Origin: a virus
Taxonomy: Duplodnaviria; Caudoviricetes
DNA length: 60,868 nt
Virus record (IMG/VR): IMGVR_UViG_3300037584_005633
Location: 1-60,868 of that record
Reading direction: 5' to 3' (one strand)
Within the stretch, counting starts at the first letter, position 1. The number at the start of each line of letters is the position of its first letter. Of the stretch, positions 1-9,067 are shown in pieces. A model generated the notes under the pieces. The model saw only the letters and a program-made list of their open reading frames with translations, was not told the origin of the DNA and searched no databases. The position numbers and the translations under genes are program-made.

Positions 1-93
1 TGCTCGTCGCAATGGGTGTGTTCGCTTATACGGAGCTGACGGCGAGGTTGGTATCGTTAGAGACATCACGTGAATTATTTCAAAATGATTTGC
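1..93. repeat. 93-bp terminal direct repeat (circular assembly overlap), copy 1
   Basis: Identical to 60776-60868; an ORF reads through the join. Confidence 0.95.
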
Positions 94-308
94 TTAAAAA
101 AAGTGAACAAGTGCCGGTCGATCAAGAGCAGATATTTTTAATCGAGGATCTTTATAAGTCGGTCGAGAAGATGGAAGAAACTCAAGAGATGAACATGACT
201 AACAAAGTTAATATAGAATTTTTAAGAGAACAACTAGATAAAGCATTAGTTGATATTGAAGTATTAAAAGATAAGGTAAGACAGAATGGCAACGGGTCGA
301 GTCACTAA
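3..308 (+). CDS. C-terminal part of membrane-anchored coiled-coil protein starting at 60700 (lysis region, possibly spanin-like)
   Basis: In frame with ATG at 60700 across the join; N-terminal TM then coiled coil; upstream of endolysin. Confidence 0.75.
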   Translation, partial: LVAMGVFAYTELTARLVSLETSRELFQNDLLKKSEQVPVDQEQIFLIEDLYKSVEKMEETQEMNMTNKVNIEFLREQLDKALVDIEVLKDKVRQNGNGSSH

Positions 309-456
309 AAAAATATTAGATCACATAGCACAAATAAACAAAGATAATAAAGCTATGAGTCTAGCTAAAGAATTAAAAAAAGAAGTTGAAATTGGCAAGC
401 ATGGTACGCAAAAATATGTTGTCAAAGAAGGTGAAAACAAAGGTAAGATACTATGA
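286..456 (+). CDS. 56-aa hypothetical protein (not in ORF track)
   Basis: MATGRVTKKILDHIAQ...GKIL; stop overlaps next ATG (ATGA). Confidence 0.7.
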   Translation: MATGRVTKKILDHIAQINKDNKAMSLAKELKKEVEIGKHGTQKYVVKEGENKGKIL

Positions 457-671
457 CAGAGATGGTAATAGCTTTACTTATGATAATCAACGGAGAGATC
501 AAGGAGGCACGTATCCAGACGTCAATGTCTGAATGTCTTAAAGGGGCACGTGTAGCAAAGCGTCAGTTAAAACCAAATGGCAAAGTTAAGTATCAGTGTA
601 TAAAATCAATGGCAGAATTAGAGTCAAATATTGACGGTAGTAAATCTATTAAAAAACTTATATTGGAGTAA
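453..671 (+). CDS. small hypothetical protein with two Cys, lysis region
   Basis: Coupled ORF with hydrophobic N-terminus. Confidence 0.75.
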   Translation: MTEMVIALLMIINGEIKEARIQTSMSECLKGARVAKRQLKPNGKVKYQCIKSMAELESNIDGSKSIKKLILE

Positions 672-673
672 TT

Positions 674-1150
674 ATGGAATTAACACGAAATTTTAGTTTA
701 CAAGAATTAATTAAATCAGATACAGCAATCCGTTTGGATATTAATAATAATCCCAATTCAGGTCAGATAGAAAAATTAAAAGCGCTATGTGAAAATATTT
801 TACAACCGGTACGTGACCACTTCGGCAGAGTAAAAGTAACTAGCGGATTCCGTAGCGAACAGCTGTGTTTAAAAATAGGTAGCTCTGTAAATTCACAGCA
901 TGCTAAAGCAGAGGCCGCAGACTTCGAATGTATGGGTACAGACAATGCTGAATTAGCTGACTGGATTAATCAAAACCTAGACTATGATCAATTGATATTG
1001 GAGTTCTATACTCCTGGTGAGCCTAACAGCGGATGGATACATTGTAGCTACACACCTGATCAACCAAGAAAACAGTTCTTGCATGCTTTTAAATCTGAGG
1101 GTAAAACTAAATATAAACCAATAATAGGAAAAGCAAAGGATTTAATTTAA
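674..1150 (+). CDS. endolysin, peptidase M15A family
   Basis: LTRNFSLQEL, SGFRS, SQHAKAEAADF and WIHCSY Zn-peptidase motifs. Confidence 0.9.
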   Translation: MELTRNFSLQELIKSDTAIRLDINNNPNSGQIEKLKALCENILQPVRDHFGRVKVTSGFRSEQLCLKIGSSVNSQHAKAEAADFECMGTDNAELADWINQNLDYDQLILEFYTPGEPNSGWIHCSYTPDQPRKQFLHAFKSEGKTKYKPIIGKAKDLI

Positions 1151-1287
1151 TGGCAATAACAAGATCACAAATGACTAAACAAGTTGAAGGTCAATTAAGA
1201 GGCGCTAAAGATAAGAAAAAAGAAAAAAAGAAATTGTATACAAAAAAAGATAAAAAAAATCCATTGAGTAAAACTTTTACTGCTTAA
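1150..1287 (+). CDS. 45-aa basic peptide (not in track)
   Basis: MAITRSQMTKQVEGQLRG...; TAATG coupling to endolysin stop. Confidence 0.7.
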   Translation: MAITRSQMTKQVEGQLRGAKDKKKEKKKLYTKKDKKNPLSKTFTA

Positions 1288-1299
1288 TATGGATTTAAC

Positions 1300-1791
1300 A
1301 TGCTTCAAGTAATTGACAATTTTATAGAAAAACCTAAATGGAATCAATTTAGAAACATTCTAACTAGTAGTAATATAAATTGGTTTTACCAAAAACACAT
1401 GGTGCAGAGTGGTAAAAATCCTGATAATCCTTACTTTGCCCATATTTTTTTTCATAAAAATACAATTAATTCTCCTTTTTATGATCCTTTTATAGTAGAG
1501 TGTTTAGAAAGATTAAAAGTTAAAGCAACTATCAGTGTGAGAGCTAACATGAATTTAAGAACTGGTGAAAGATACTATTCTAATTGGCATACTGATAATA
1601 AATTACAAGGTGCCACCACTGCAGTTCTTTATGTTAATTCAAATGATGGTGGTACAGAATTTAAAGATACTAATGAATTTGTTCAATCGGAAGAAAACAG
1701 AATAGTAATATTTCCAAGCGAAACGCAACACAGAGTAAAAACTCAACTTTCAACACCAAACAGGATAGTCATAAATTTCAATTATTTTTAA
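1300..1791 (+). CDS. 2OG-Fe(II) oxygenase
   Basis: HTD...GGT.F...H...R.VINFNY signature. Confidence 0.85.
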   Translation: MLQVIDNFIEKPKWNQFRNILTSSNINWFYQKHMVQSGKNPDNPYFAHIFFHKNTINSPFYDPFIVECLERLKVKATISVRANMNLRTGERYYSNWHTDNKLQGATTAVLYVNSNDGGTEFKDTNEFVQSEENRIVIFPSETQHRVKTQLSTPNRIVINFNYF

Positions 1792-2258
1792 TGTCTGACA
1801 TAGTTTGCATAAATGATTGGTTAGATGATGATTACATAAAATATTTACATTATAAAATACTTTATAATTATCCCCATTATTATGGTGAAAAATCTATTAT
1901 ATCAGATCCGAAACATAAAGAATTTTACAGATCAGATTTAAAAAAAGAAGATCTTGAGTTTTTACATTTTAAATTAATTAAATCCTTTAAAAAAAATATT
2001 AGAGTGATTGAGGCCTATGCAAATATACAACACTCTGACATGAATGGTTCATGGCACCAAGATAATGGGACAACAACATATCTACTTATGGTTTCAGATA
2101 CGTTACGAAAAGGAGAGGGTTGTTTAGAAATCAAAGATAAAAAAATAAATTTTATCCAAAATCAACTTATAGCTTTTCCATCAGAATTATCACATAGAGG
2201 ATTAACTTCAGATTCAACTTTACCAAGAATATCAATAGCTTTTAAAACTGATGAATGA
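1791..2258 (+). CDS. 2OG-Fe(II) oxygenase
   Basis: WHQD...HRG...RISIAF. Confidence 0.85.
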   Translation: MSDIVCINDWLDDDYIKYLHYKILYNYPHYYGEKSIISDPKHKEFYRSDLKKEDLEFLHFKLIKSFKKNIRVIEAYANIQHSDMNGSWHQDNGTTTYLLMVSDTLRKGEGCLEIKDKKINFIQNQLIAFPSELSHRGLTSDSTLPRISIAFKTDE

Positions 2259-2817
2259 AATAATTAATATTTTTAGCACTCCTATTTATATTAAAAAATT
2301 AAATATAAATTTAAATAAATTAAAATTGTTTGCAGAAAATATAGAAAGAAAAAATAACAAAAGAGTAATATCTAATGAAGGTGGTTTTCAATCAAACGAC
2401 TTAGATAACAAACAGGAAGAAGTTCAAGAATTAATTGAAGAGTTAAATAAGAATGTAGAAATATTTAAAAAAGTTTTCAATATTGAAAATATAAAACTTG
2501 ATAATCTATGGGCTAACATAAATTACTATGGAAATTATAACACACTCCATTGTCACATTGATTCTCTCATATCTGGTGTTTTTTATGTACAAACAAAAAA
2601 AGATTCTGGTGCAATTGAGTTTGTAAATGATTTTGAAACCATTGAATATCATTTACAAAAAATCAAAGATAAAGAATATAATATATATAATTCTTCTAAG
2701 TATTTTGTTGTTCCTGAAGATAATCTATTGATTTTGTTTCCAAGTTGGTTAAAACATAGAGTAAAACCAAATTTAACAGAGGATAAAAGAATGTCTTTTT
2801 CTTTTAATTATAATTAA
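2251..2817 (+). CDS. 2OG-Fe(II) oxygenase (TIGR02466-like)
   Basis: WANIN..HCH..SGVFYV..LFPSWLKH.V..R.SFSFN. Confidence 0.88.
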   Translation: MNEIINIFSTPIYIKKLNINLNKLKLFAENIERKNNKRVISNEGGFQSNDLDNKQEEVQELIEELNKNVEIFKKVFNIENIKLDNLWANINYYGNYNTLHCHIDSLISGVFYVQTKKDSGAIEFVNDFETIEYHLQKIKDKEYNIYNSSKYFVVPEDNLLILFPSWLKHRVKPNLTEDKRMSFSFNYN

Positions 2818-3359
2818 TGTCTTTCACTTATTGGTATTGGAATAAAATAATATCGCCACCAGATATAATAAAACTTAATCAAAAAATTAATCTTTATGTT
2901 GAGGATTGTGAAGATAAAAGTGCAGCCAACACAACTAAAATTACAAATGTAAAAACAATTCAATTAGGTCACATTTGGGAAGAAATAAAACCATGCATCA
3001 ACGCAGCTATTACTGTTAACTCTTTTAACTTTGGTATGGATATTTTTGAAATTACGCCTAACGAATTTGCAACTCTAAATGATTATGATGGTTCTGAAAA
3101 AGGAGAGTATGATTGGCATATAGATGGTGAAAGAGATAAGCCATTTGATTTAAAACTTACTTTTATTATTAATCTTTCTGAAACAAATTATGAGGGAGGA
3201 GAGTTTCAACTGATACATCAAAAAAATAAGATAACTGAATTCTCACAAGGTGGTGACGCAATTTTATTTAAATCTTATCATCCACATAAGGTAAAGCCAG
3301 TTACTTACGGATCGAGAAGAACTTTGGTAATATTTTTTAGAGGACCAAGATTAAGATGA
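2817..3359 (+). CDS. 2OG-Fe(II) oxygenase (prolyl 4-hydroxylase-like)
   Basis: YDWHID..KLT..YEGGEF..HKVKPVT.G.RRTLV. Confidence 0.88.
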   Translation: MSFTYWYWNKIISPPDIIKLNQKINLYVEDCEDKSAANTTKITNVKTIQLGHIWEEIKPCINAAITVNSFNFGMDIFEITPNEFATLNDYDGSEKGEYDWHIDGERDKPFDLKLTFIINLSETNYEGGEFQLIHQKNKITEFSQGGDAILFKSYHPHKVKPVTYGSRRTLVIFFRGPRLR

Positions 3360-3496
3360 AAAATAAAGAAAAAAAGAGAAATCTCTTTGCTAAAATGCTA
3401 TGGGTGGGAAGTTTACTGTTCAAGCAAAAGGTGGTAAAATCTAAGAAGTTGTACAACCGAAAAAGGCTTAAACACTATGACAAAACTATGTGCTAG
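3356..3496 (+). CDS. 46-aa basic peptide, ArfA-like (not in track)
   Basis: MKNKEKKRNLFAKMLWVGSLLFKQKVVKSKKLYNRKRLKH; ATGA coupling. Confidence 0.6.
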   Translation: MKNKEKKRNLFAKMLWVGSLLFKQKVVKSKKLYNRKRLKHYDKTMC

Positions 3497-3827
3497 AGGC
3501 AAAGCGGCCGCTAAAAGAAAATTCAAAGTTTATCCCAGTGCATATGCTAATGCATACGCTAGCAAAATTTGTGCGGGTAAAATAAAAGATCCGTCAGGAA
3601 CAAAGAGAAAAGATTGGGGACCTAAAAAAGCAAACAAAGGTGCAGAAATAAAAATTAAAGAAGTGGCAAAAGGTTTACACAAAGCATCCGCACTACATAA
3701 GAAACAAGCTAAATCATTAGATTCAGTTACAAATGCTTATATGGGCAAATTTATAAAACATGACTCAGGTGATATCAATTTATCAAACGAGGCTTCTGTA
3801 GATTATTACGGTGATTTATTAAAATGA
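3477..3827 (+). CDS. basic hypothetical protein
   Basis: KLCARGKAAAKRKFKVYPSAYAN N-terminus, recalled as conserved in marine phages. Confidence 0.8.
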   Translation: MTKLCARGKAAAKRKFKVYPSAYANAYASKICAGKIKDPSGTKRKDWGPKKANKGAEIKIKEVAKGLHKASALHKKQAKSLDSVTNAYMGKFIKHDSGDINLSNEASVDYYGDLLK

Positions 3828-4222
3828 GTGAACGAGGCACTTGTTGGGAAGGGTATGTCCAAAAGGGCATGAAGAAAAAAGGAAATCGTATGGTTCCTAA
3901 TTGCGTTCCAGCAGGTGGTATGAAAAGTGGAGGACTTAAAAAATGGTTTTCAGAGAAATGGGTAGATATTGGAAGCAAACGAAAAGATGGTTCGTACGCA
4001 CCTTGTGGTCGTTCAAAATTAGCATCGGACAAAAAACGGAAGTATCCAAAGTGCGTCCCTGCTGCAAAAGCGGCAAGAATGACAGACTCACAGAAGCAGA
4101 GTGCCGTTGCGAGGAAAAGAAGTAGAGCTCAAGGAGTTGGAGGTAAACCTACAAATGTTAAAACTTTTGCATCTAAAGGTGCGTTTACTAAATTATACTA
4201 TGGTGGTATGATAGATACATAA
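3824..4222 (+). CDS. basic hypothetical protein
   Basis: CWEGY..VPNCV and LKKWFSEKWVD..CGR..YPKCVP motifs. Confidence 0.8.
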   Translation: MSERGTCWEGYVQKGMKKKGNRMVPNCVPAGGMKSGGLKKWFSEKWVDIGSKRKDGSYAPCGRSKLASDKKRKYPKCVPAAKAARMTDSQKQSAVARKRSRAQGVGGKPTNVKTFASKGAFTKLYYGGMIDT

Positions 4223-4383
4223 TGGAAGAAGCAACTGAATATAAAAAATATCTTGAAGCTCTCAGAAAAGCAACTGAGGAAGGAAAGAAGAATAAAAAAA
4301 ATAAACCAATCAAGCCAAAACAAATGTCTTGTGGAGGCATGGGTATAGCTGTTAAAGGCGGAAATTTTAAAGGAGTAATGTAA
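4222..4383 (+). CDS. 53-aa basic peptide (not in track)
   Basis: MEEATEYKK...MSCGGMGIAVKGGNFKGVM; coupled on both sides. Confidence 0.7.
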   Translation: MEEATEYKKYLEALRKATEEGKKNKKNKPIKPKQMSCGGMGIAVKGGNFKGVM

Positions 4384-4709
4384 TGAAAAATGGAAGAATA
4401 AAAGTACACACTAAAATGGGTGGTGGAATGAATAATTACACGGGCGGTGACATGATTAGAGCCAGAGTCGGTAAATCAATTGAAAAGAAAAAAAGTAATT
4501 TAAATAAAAAAACACCTATAAAAGATTTTATAAAAAATACTCTTGAAGGAAAATACATGGATAATAATAGAGGCACAGCAGAACCTTTAGATATTTTAAA
4601 AAAACATAGAATAAGAAAAAAAGTTGCACTACCAAATGCAAAAACAGGTAAATTAATTGGTAAACAAAAAAATCTACCATTACATTTACAGAAAAAAATA
4701 TTAGCGTAA
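4383..4709 (+). CDS. basic hypothetical protein
   Basis: Coupled ORF with repeated xxxG[GK] motifs. Confidence 0.7.
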   Translation: MKNGRIKVHTKMGGGMNNYTGGDMIRARVGKSIEKKKSNLNKKTPIKDFIKNTLEGKYMDNNRGTAEPLDILKKHRIRKKVALPNAKTGKLIGKQKNLPLHLQKKILA

Positions 4710-4716
4710 GGATGAA

Positions 4717-5388
4717 ATGGCTACATCAGGAACTACAAGTTTTAACATTACAATTGATGAAGTTATTGAAGAAGCTTACGAAAGATGTGGCGTAAGAACT
4801 AATTCTGGTAACGATATTAAATCAGCTAGAAGAAGTTTAAATCTATTATTTTCTGAGTGGGGTAACAGAGGTATTAACCTTTGGAAAGTAAAATCCAAAA
4901 CAGAAACTTTAGTAAATGGTTCTGTTACTTATAATACACCAAGTGATTGTAACGATGTCCTTGAAGCTGTAGTCACTACGTCTGGAGGGAATCAACAAAC
5001 TTTAACTAAAATTTCTAGATCTGAGTATATTGCTATTCCAAATAAAACACAGACAGGAACACCTTCTCAATATTACGTTGATAGACAATTAACACCAACA
5101 ATAAGTCTATATTTGGCTCCTGATACGAGTGCGGTTACTAATATATTTTATTATTATCTTGCAAGAATTGAAGATGTTGGAGCATACACTAATACTTCGG
5201 ATATGCCATTCAGATTTTTTCCATGCATGGTTTCAGGTTTAGCGTTTTATTTGTCACAAAAAATTGCACCAGATAGAATACAAGCATTAAAATTATTATA
5301 CGAGGATGAATTAAAAAGAGCGTTAGATGAAGATGGACAAAGGACATCTGTATACATCACACCTAATATTTATTATCCACAGGGTTAA
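4717..5388 (+). CDS. head-tail adaptor / tail tubular protein A-like
   Basis: Size, position and I.EA..R / GTPSQYY motifs typical of podovirus adaptors. Confidence 0.7.
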   Translation: MATSGTTSFNITIDEVIEEAYERCGVRTNSGNDIKSARRSLNLLFSEWGNRGINLWKVKSKTETLVNGSVTYNTPSDCNDVLEAVVTTSGGNQQTLTKISRSEYIAIPNKTQTGTPSQYYVDRQLTPTISLYLAPDTSAVTNIFYYYLARIEDVGAYTNTSDMPFRFFPCMVSGLAFYLSQKIAPDRIQALKLLYEDELKRALDEDGQRTSVYITPNIYYPQG

Positions 5389-5390
5389 CT

Positions 5391-5735
5391 ATGGCATATG
5401 CAAAAGGTAAATACGCAAAATCTATTTCCGACCGTTCTGGTCAAGAATTTCCTTATAGAGAAATGGTCAAAGAATGGAATGGCTCATTAGTTCATATATC
5501 AGAATTTGAAAAAAAACATCCACAACTAGATCCAAAACCTCACACTGCAGATCCTGAAGCCTTGTATAATGCAAGAATTCAAAGAGCTGCACCTGTAGTT
5601 GTTTATCTTGATTTACAATATTGGCCAGGTCAGTTTACATCTAATGGCATGCAACCATCTATTGACCCGTTAGAAGAAAATAAGAAGAGACAGGTGAATT
5701 CTTCATTAGGGAGTGTTACAATTCTTATATCATGA
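5391..5735 (+). CDS. conserved virion-associated protein
   Basis: ISDRSG..FPYREM.KEWNG..E.KHPQL motif. Confidence 0.75.
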   Translation: MAYAKGKYAKSISDRSGQEFPYREMVKEWNGSLVHISEFEKKHPQLDPKPHTADPEALYNARIQRAAPVVVYLDLQYWPGQFTSNGMQPSIDPLEENKKRQVNSSLGSVTILIS

Positions 5736-6427
5736 CGTTTGCAGAATTAATTCAAAAGGTAAGAGATTACACAGAGGTTGATAGTTCAGTTTTAACTGAT
5801 TCTATTCTTGACTCTATGATCAAAGATGCAGAGTTAAGAATTTCAAGAGAAGTGGATGCAGACTACGAAAGACAGTATGTTACAAGTAATTTCAAACCTT
5901 CAAATAGATATTTAGAACTTCCTAATAATGCTGTTTTTCAAGGTAATACTTCAAGATTTAGTTTGTCTGTAAGGGCAGTAAAAGTTTTTAACACCAATAA
6001 CTCACCTACTACAACTGAAACTTTAATTAAAAGAGATGTTTCTTTTATAGATGAGTATAACTCAACAGAAGCTACAGGTGTCCCAAAATACTATTCTAAT
6101 TGGAAAGAAACCTATTTGATAGTAGCCCCTACACCAAACAGTGCATATAAAGTTGAGGTAGATTATGTAATGAACCCTGATCATTTGTCATCAACTAATA
6201 CTACGACATATTTGTCCAATAACTATCAAGATCTACTATTTGTAGCTACGATGATGAATGCTTATGAGTTTTTGAAAGGACCTATGGATATGTACAAACT
6301 ATACTCAGACAAGTATAATGTAGCTATACAGAGCTTTGCGTTAGAGCAAATGGGTGCTAGACGTAGAGACGAGTATACCGATGGTGTGCCAAGGGTTAAA
6401 ATTCCTTCACCATCACCAAATAATTAA
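5732..6427 (+). CDS. second head-tail adaptor-like protein
   Basis: DAE.RI.R, TGVPKYY, VAPTP motifs; tail gene context. Confidence 0.7.
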   Translation: MTFAELIQKVRDYTEVDSSVLTDSILDSMIKDAELRISREVDADYERQYVTSNFKPSNRYLELPNNAVFQGNTSRFSLSVRAVKVFNTNNSPTTTETLIKRDVSFIDEYNSTEATGVPKYYSNWKETYLIVAPTPNSAYKVEVDYVMNPDHLSSTNTTTYLSNNYQDLLFVATMMNAYEFLKGPMDMYKLYSDKYNVAIQSFALEQMGARRRDEYTDGVPRVKIPSPSPNN

Positions 6428-6445
6428 TTATTAAGGAGAAATTTT

Positions 6446-6874
6446 ATGGCAATAACACAAGCAGTTTGTAATTCTTTTAAAAAAGAATTATTAGACGGTG
6501 TCCATGACCTAGATACAGGCGGGGACAATTTTAATTTAGCATTGTATACTAACTCAGCGACTTTAGGTGCAGCAACAACTTCATACACTACAGGTAACGA
6601 AGTTTCTGCTTCTGGTACGTATGTTGCTAAAGGTAAACAATTACAATCGCAACAAACATCATTATCATCTACAACAGCTATTGTAGATTTCGCAGACTTA
6701 TCTTTTACTGGAGTAACTTTAACTGCAAGAGGTGCTTTAATTTATAACTCAACTGACGCTAAAAAAGCAGTTTGTGTTTTAGATTTTGGCGCAGATAAAA
6801 CTGCAACATCAGGAACATTTACAATTCAATTTCCTAACTTTACCTCTACTGCTGCTATTTTAAGAATCGCATAA
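6446..6874 (+). CDS. virion structural (tail) protein
   Basis: SFKKELL..LALY..ARGALIYN..VLDFG; strong RBS. Confidence 0.75.
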   Translation: MAITQAVCNSFKKELLDGVHDLDTGGDNFNLALYTNSATLGAATTSYTTGNEVSASGTYVAKGKQLQSQQTSLSSTTAIVDFADLSFTGVTLTARGALIYNSTDAKKAVCVLDFGADKTATSGTFTIQFPNFTSTAAILRIA

Positions 6875-6891
6875 TTTAGGAGCCCGTTGCT

Positions 6892-8358
6892 ATGGCAGAA
6901 CTTACTTACACAGTTACCGTAGCATCGGGTAACCTTTATGGCGGAGGAACAGGCAACGTCTTTTATTTGGACGGTGCTAGAAATTCTACAGGTCCAGGAA
7001 CTGTAAGCTGGGTTTCAGGTGCAACTTTACGTTTTGAACAAAGTGATGCATCTAATGACGGTCATCCATTAATTTTTTCAACAAACACTAGTACGTCTGG
7101 AATTATTTCTTCGGGAATAACTTATTATCTTGACGGAGCTAGCAACCAAGCAAACTACACAAACACAACTACATTCAATGCTGCTACTACAAGATACATT
7201 GAGGTAACACCATCTTCCGAAACAGATTTTTATTATTTGTGTTATATCCATGGAATTGGCATGGGAGGTGTTTTTGATATTACTCAAAATACATGGGGAG
7301 CAAAAACATGGGGATTTGGTACTTGGAATCTATTAGGGGATCAATCTGTTTCTGCAACTGGTGTAAACGTTACATCAGCAGTAAGTTCTGTTTCGTATTT
7401 TCCATCTGTTGGATGGGGTGCATTGACTTGGGGTTCTCAAGAATGGGGTGAATTTGAAAGTCCTGAAGCAGCTGTTACAGGTATCAGTATTGGTACATTT
7501 GCTATTGGAACTGAAAGCGTAACCGCAAACGCAAACATTATACCAACAGGCGCATCCATAACATCAGCTGTAGGAAACGAAGTTGCTGGAACAAGTGCCG
7601 AAGCTCCAGCCACAGGTCAAAGTATGACTTCGAGTAGAGGTACAGTATTTGCTGGAGAGCTTGTAACTGTTGAAGTTACATCTCCTTCAAATGATCCATG
7701 GGGTAATGAAGCATGGGGTAATGGATTATGGGGTATTGGTGACGGAATCTCATTAGTAAGTGGTGTCGAAGTTGGTATTGGAGAAGCAAATGTTTCTTTA
7801 ACAGGACAACAAATGTCTTCATCACTAGGAACTATTGGTCAAGCTTCTATTTATTCTTTATCAGGAACAAACGCAACAGCTTCTCAAGGAAGTGCTTTTG
7901 GTGGAGAACTTACAATTGTTGAAGTTACATCTCCTTCTAATGACCCTTGGGGAAATGACACATGGGGAAATAGCCTTTGGGGTAATGGTGATGGAAATAC
8001 TTTAATAACAGGTGTTGAAGTCATAATCCCATCAGTAGACACTATTACTACGGGACAAAGCTTAACTACAAATGTAAGTTCAGTAAGCGTAACAGCGGAC
8101 GCAAACACAGGTGCTTTAACGGGACTATCAACAACTTTCTCTTTAGGAACAGCTGTATTAGACGCAAATACTATAGCTTCTCCTTCAGGAATATCCCTAA
8201 CACCAACTCTTGCAAGTGTGGTAGCTGGAGCAAGTGCTGAAGCACCGGTAACAGGATTGCAAATCAACGGTTCTGTTGGTACAATTAACATAAATGCCTG
8301 GGCAGTAGTAGATCCAGATATAACTAACACTTGGACGGTTATTGACGAGGCAGCATAG
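6892..8358 (+). CDS. tail fibre/structural protein with N-terminal cupredoxin-like domain and WG repeats
   Basis: GHP...YYLCYIHGIGMG; WGxxxWG repeats; S/T/G-rich. Confidence 0.75.
   Translation: MAELTYTVTVASGNLYGGGTGNVFYLDGARNSTGPGTVSWVSGATLRFEQSDASNDGHPLIFSTNTSTSGIISSGITYYLDGASNQANYTNTTTFNAATTRYIEVTPSSETDFYYLCYIHGIGMGGVFDITQNTWGAKTWGFGTWNLLGDQSVSATGVNVTSAVSSVSYFPSVGWGALTWGSQEWGEFESPEAAVTGISIGTFAIGTESVTANANIIPTGASITSAVGNEVAGTSAEAPATGQSMTSSRGTVFAGELVTVEVTSPSNDPWGNEAWGNGLWGIGDGISLVSGVEVGIGEANVSLTGQQMSSSLGTIGQASIYSLSGTNATASQGSAFGGELTIVEVTSPSNDPWGNDTWGNSLWGNGDGNTLITGVEVIIPSVDTITTGQSLTTNVSSVSVTADANTGALTGLSTTFSLGTAVLDANTIASPSGISLTPTLASVVAGASAEAPVTGLQINGSVGTININAWAVVDPDITNTWTVIDEAA
7651..7998 (+). 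repeat. internal duplication in fibre gene, 252-nt (84-aa) spacing
   Basis: GELVTVEVTSPSNDPWGNEAWG vs GELTIVEVTSPSNDPWGNDTWG; shared GTTGAAGTTACATCTCCTTC. Confidence 0.85.
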
Positions 8359-8392
8359 ATAAACTATACTTTTTAAAAACAAGGATTAATAT

Positions 8393-9043
8393 ATGGCATC
8401 AAGTTATTCTACAGATTTGAAACTCGAATTAATGGTAACAGGGGAAAACTCTGGTACTTGGGGTGATAAAACTAATACAAATTTAAACTTAGTTCAACAA
8501 GCGATTGCTGGTTATGAAGCAGTTTCTATTGCAGGTGGCGCACAAACGACAGCATTAGCAATGACAAATGCAACTCTTTCAAATGCAAGAAACGCAGTAG
8601 TTGAATTAACAGGAACTATTACAGGTAACCAAATTGTAACAATTCCTAACAGCATTGAAAAAATATACATAGTCAAAAACACAACTTCTGGCGCGTACAC
8701 TGTTCAATTTAAAACAGTAAGTGGCACAGGACCAACTTTTGCTACCACTGATAAAGGTACAAAAATTCTTTACGCTGATGGCACTAATGTAACAGATTTA
8801 TTTTCAGAATTATCACAATTAAATTTGACTAATCAAAATGAAGTAAGATTCGAAGATTCCACTGGAGGAGAGTATGTAGGTTTGAAAGCACCTGCAACTG
8901 TGGGTTCTAGTTTTTCTTTGACCTTACCAACAGCAGATGGCTCAAGTGGTAATGGGTTAACAACAAATGGCGCAGGAGCGTTATCTTTTTCTGATGTAGC
9001 TTCAACAGGAAAAGCTATTGCAATGGCACTAGTTTTCGGATAA
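8393..9043 (+). CDS. tail fibre / structural protein
   Basis: MASSYS.LKLEL..GENSGTWG..TN.N start; STGKAIAMALVFG end. Confidence 0.75.
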   Translation: MASSYSTDLKLELMVTGENSGTWGDKTNTNLNLVQQAIAGYEAVSIAGGAQTTALAMTNATLSNARNAVVELTGTITGNQIVTIPNSIEKIYIVKNTTSGAYTVQFKTVSGTGPTFATTDKGTKILYADGTNVTDLFSELSQLNLTNQNEVRFEDSTGGEYVGLKAPATVGSSFSLTLPTADGSSGNGLTTNGAGALSFSDVASTGKAIAMALVFG

Positions 9044-9067
9044 ATTATAATTAAGGAGATATAAAAA

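Noticed and set aside
1-93. End repeat as a biological terminal repeat
   Set aside because: It falls mid-gene and is an exact short overlap, as expected from circular assembly
7884-8330. 148-aa minus ORF and similar antisense ORFs across structural genes
   Set aside because: Antisense shadows of strongly biased plus-strand genes
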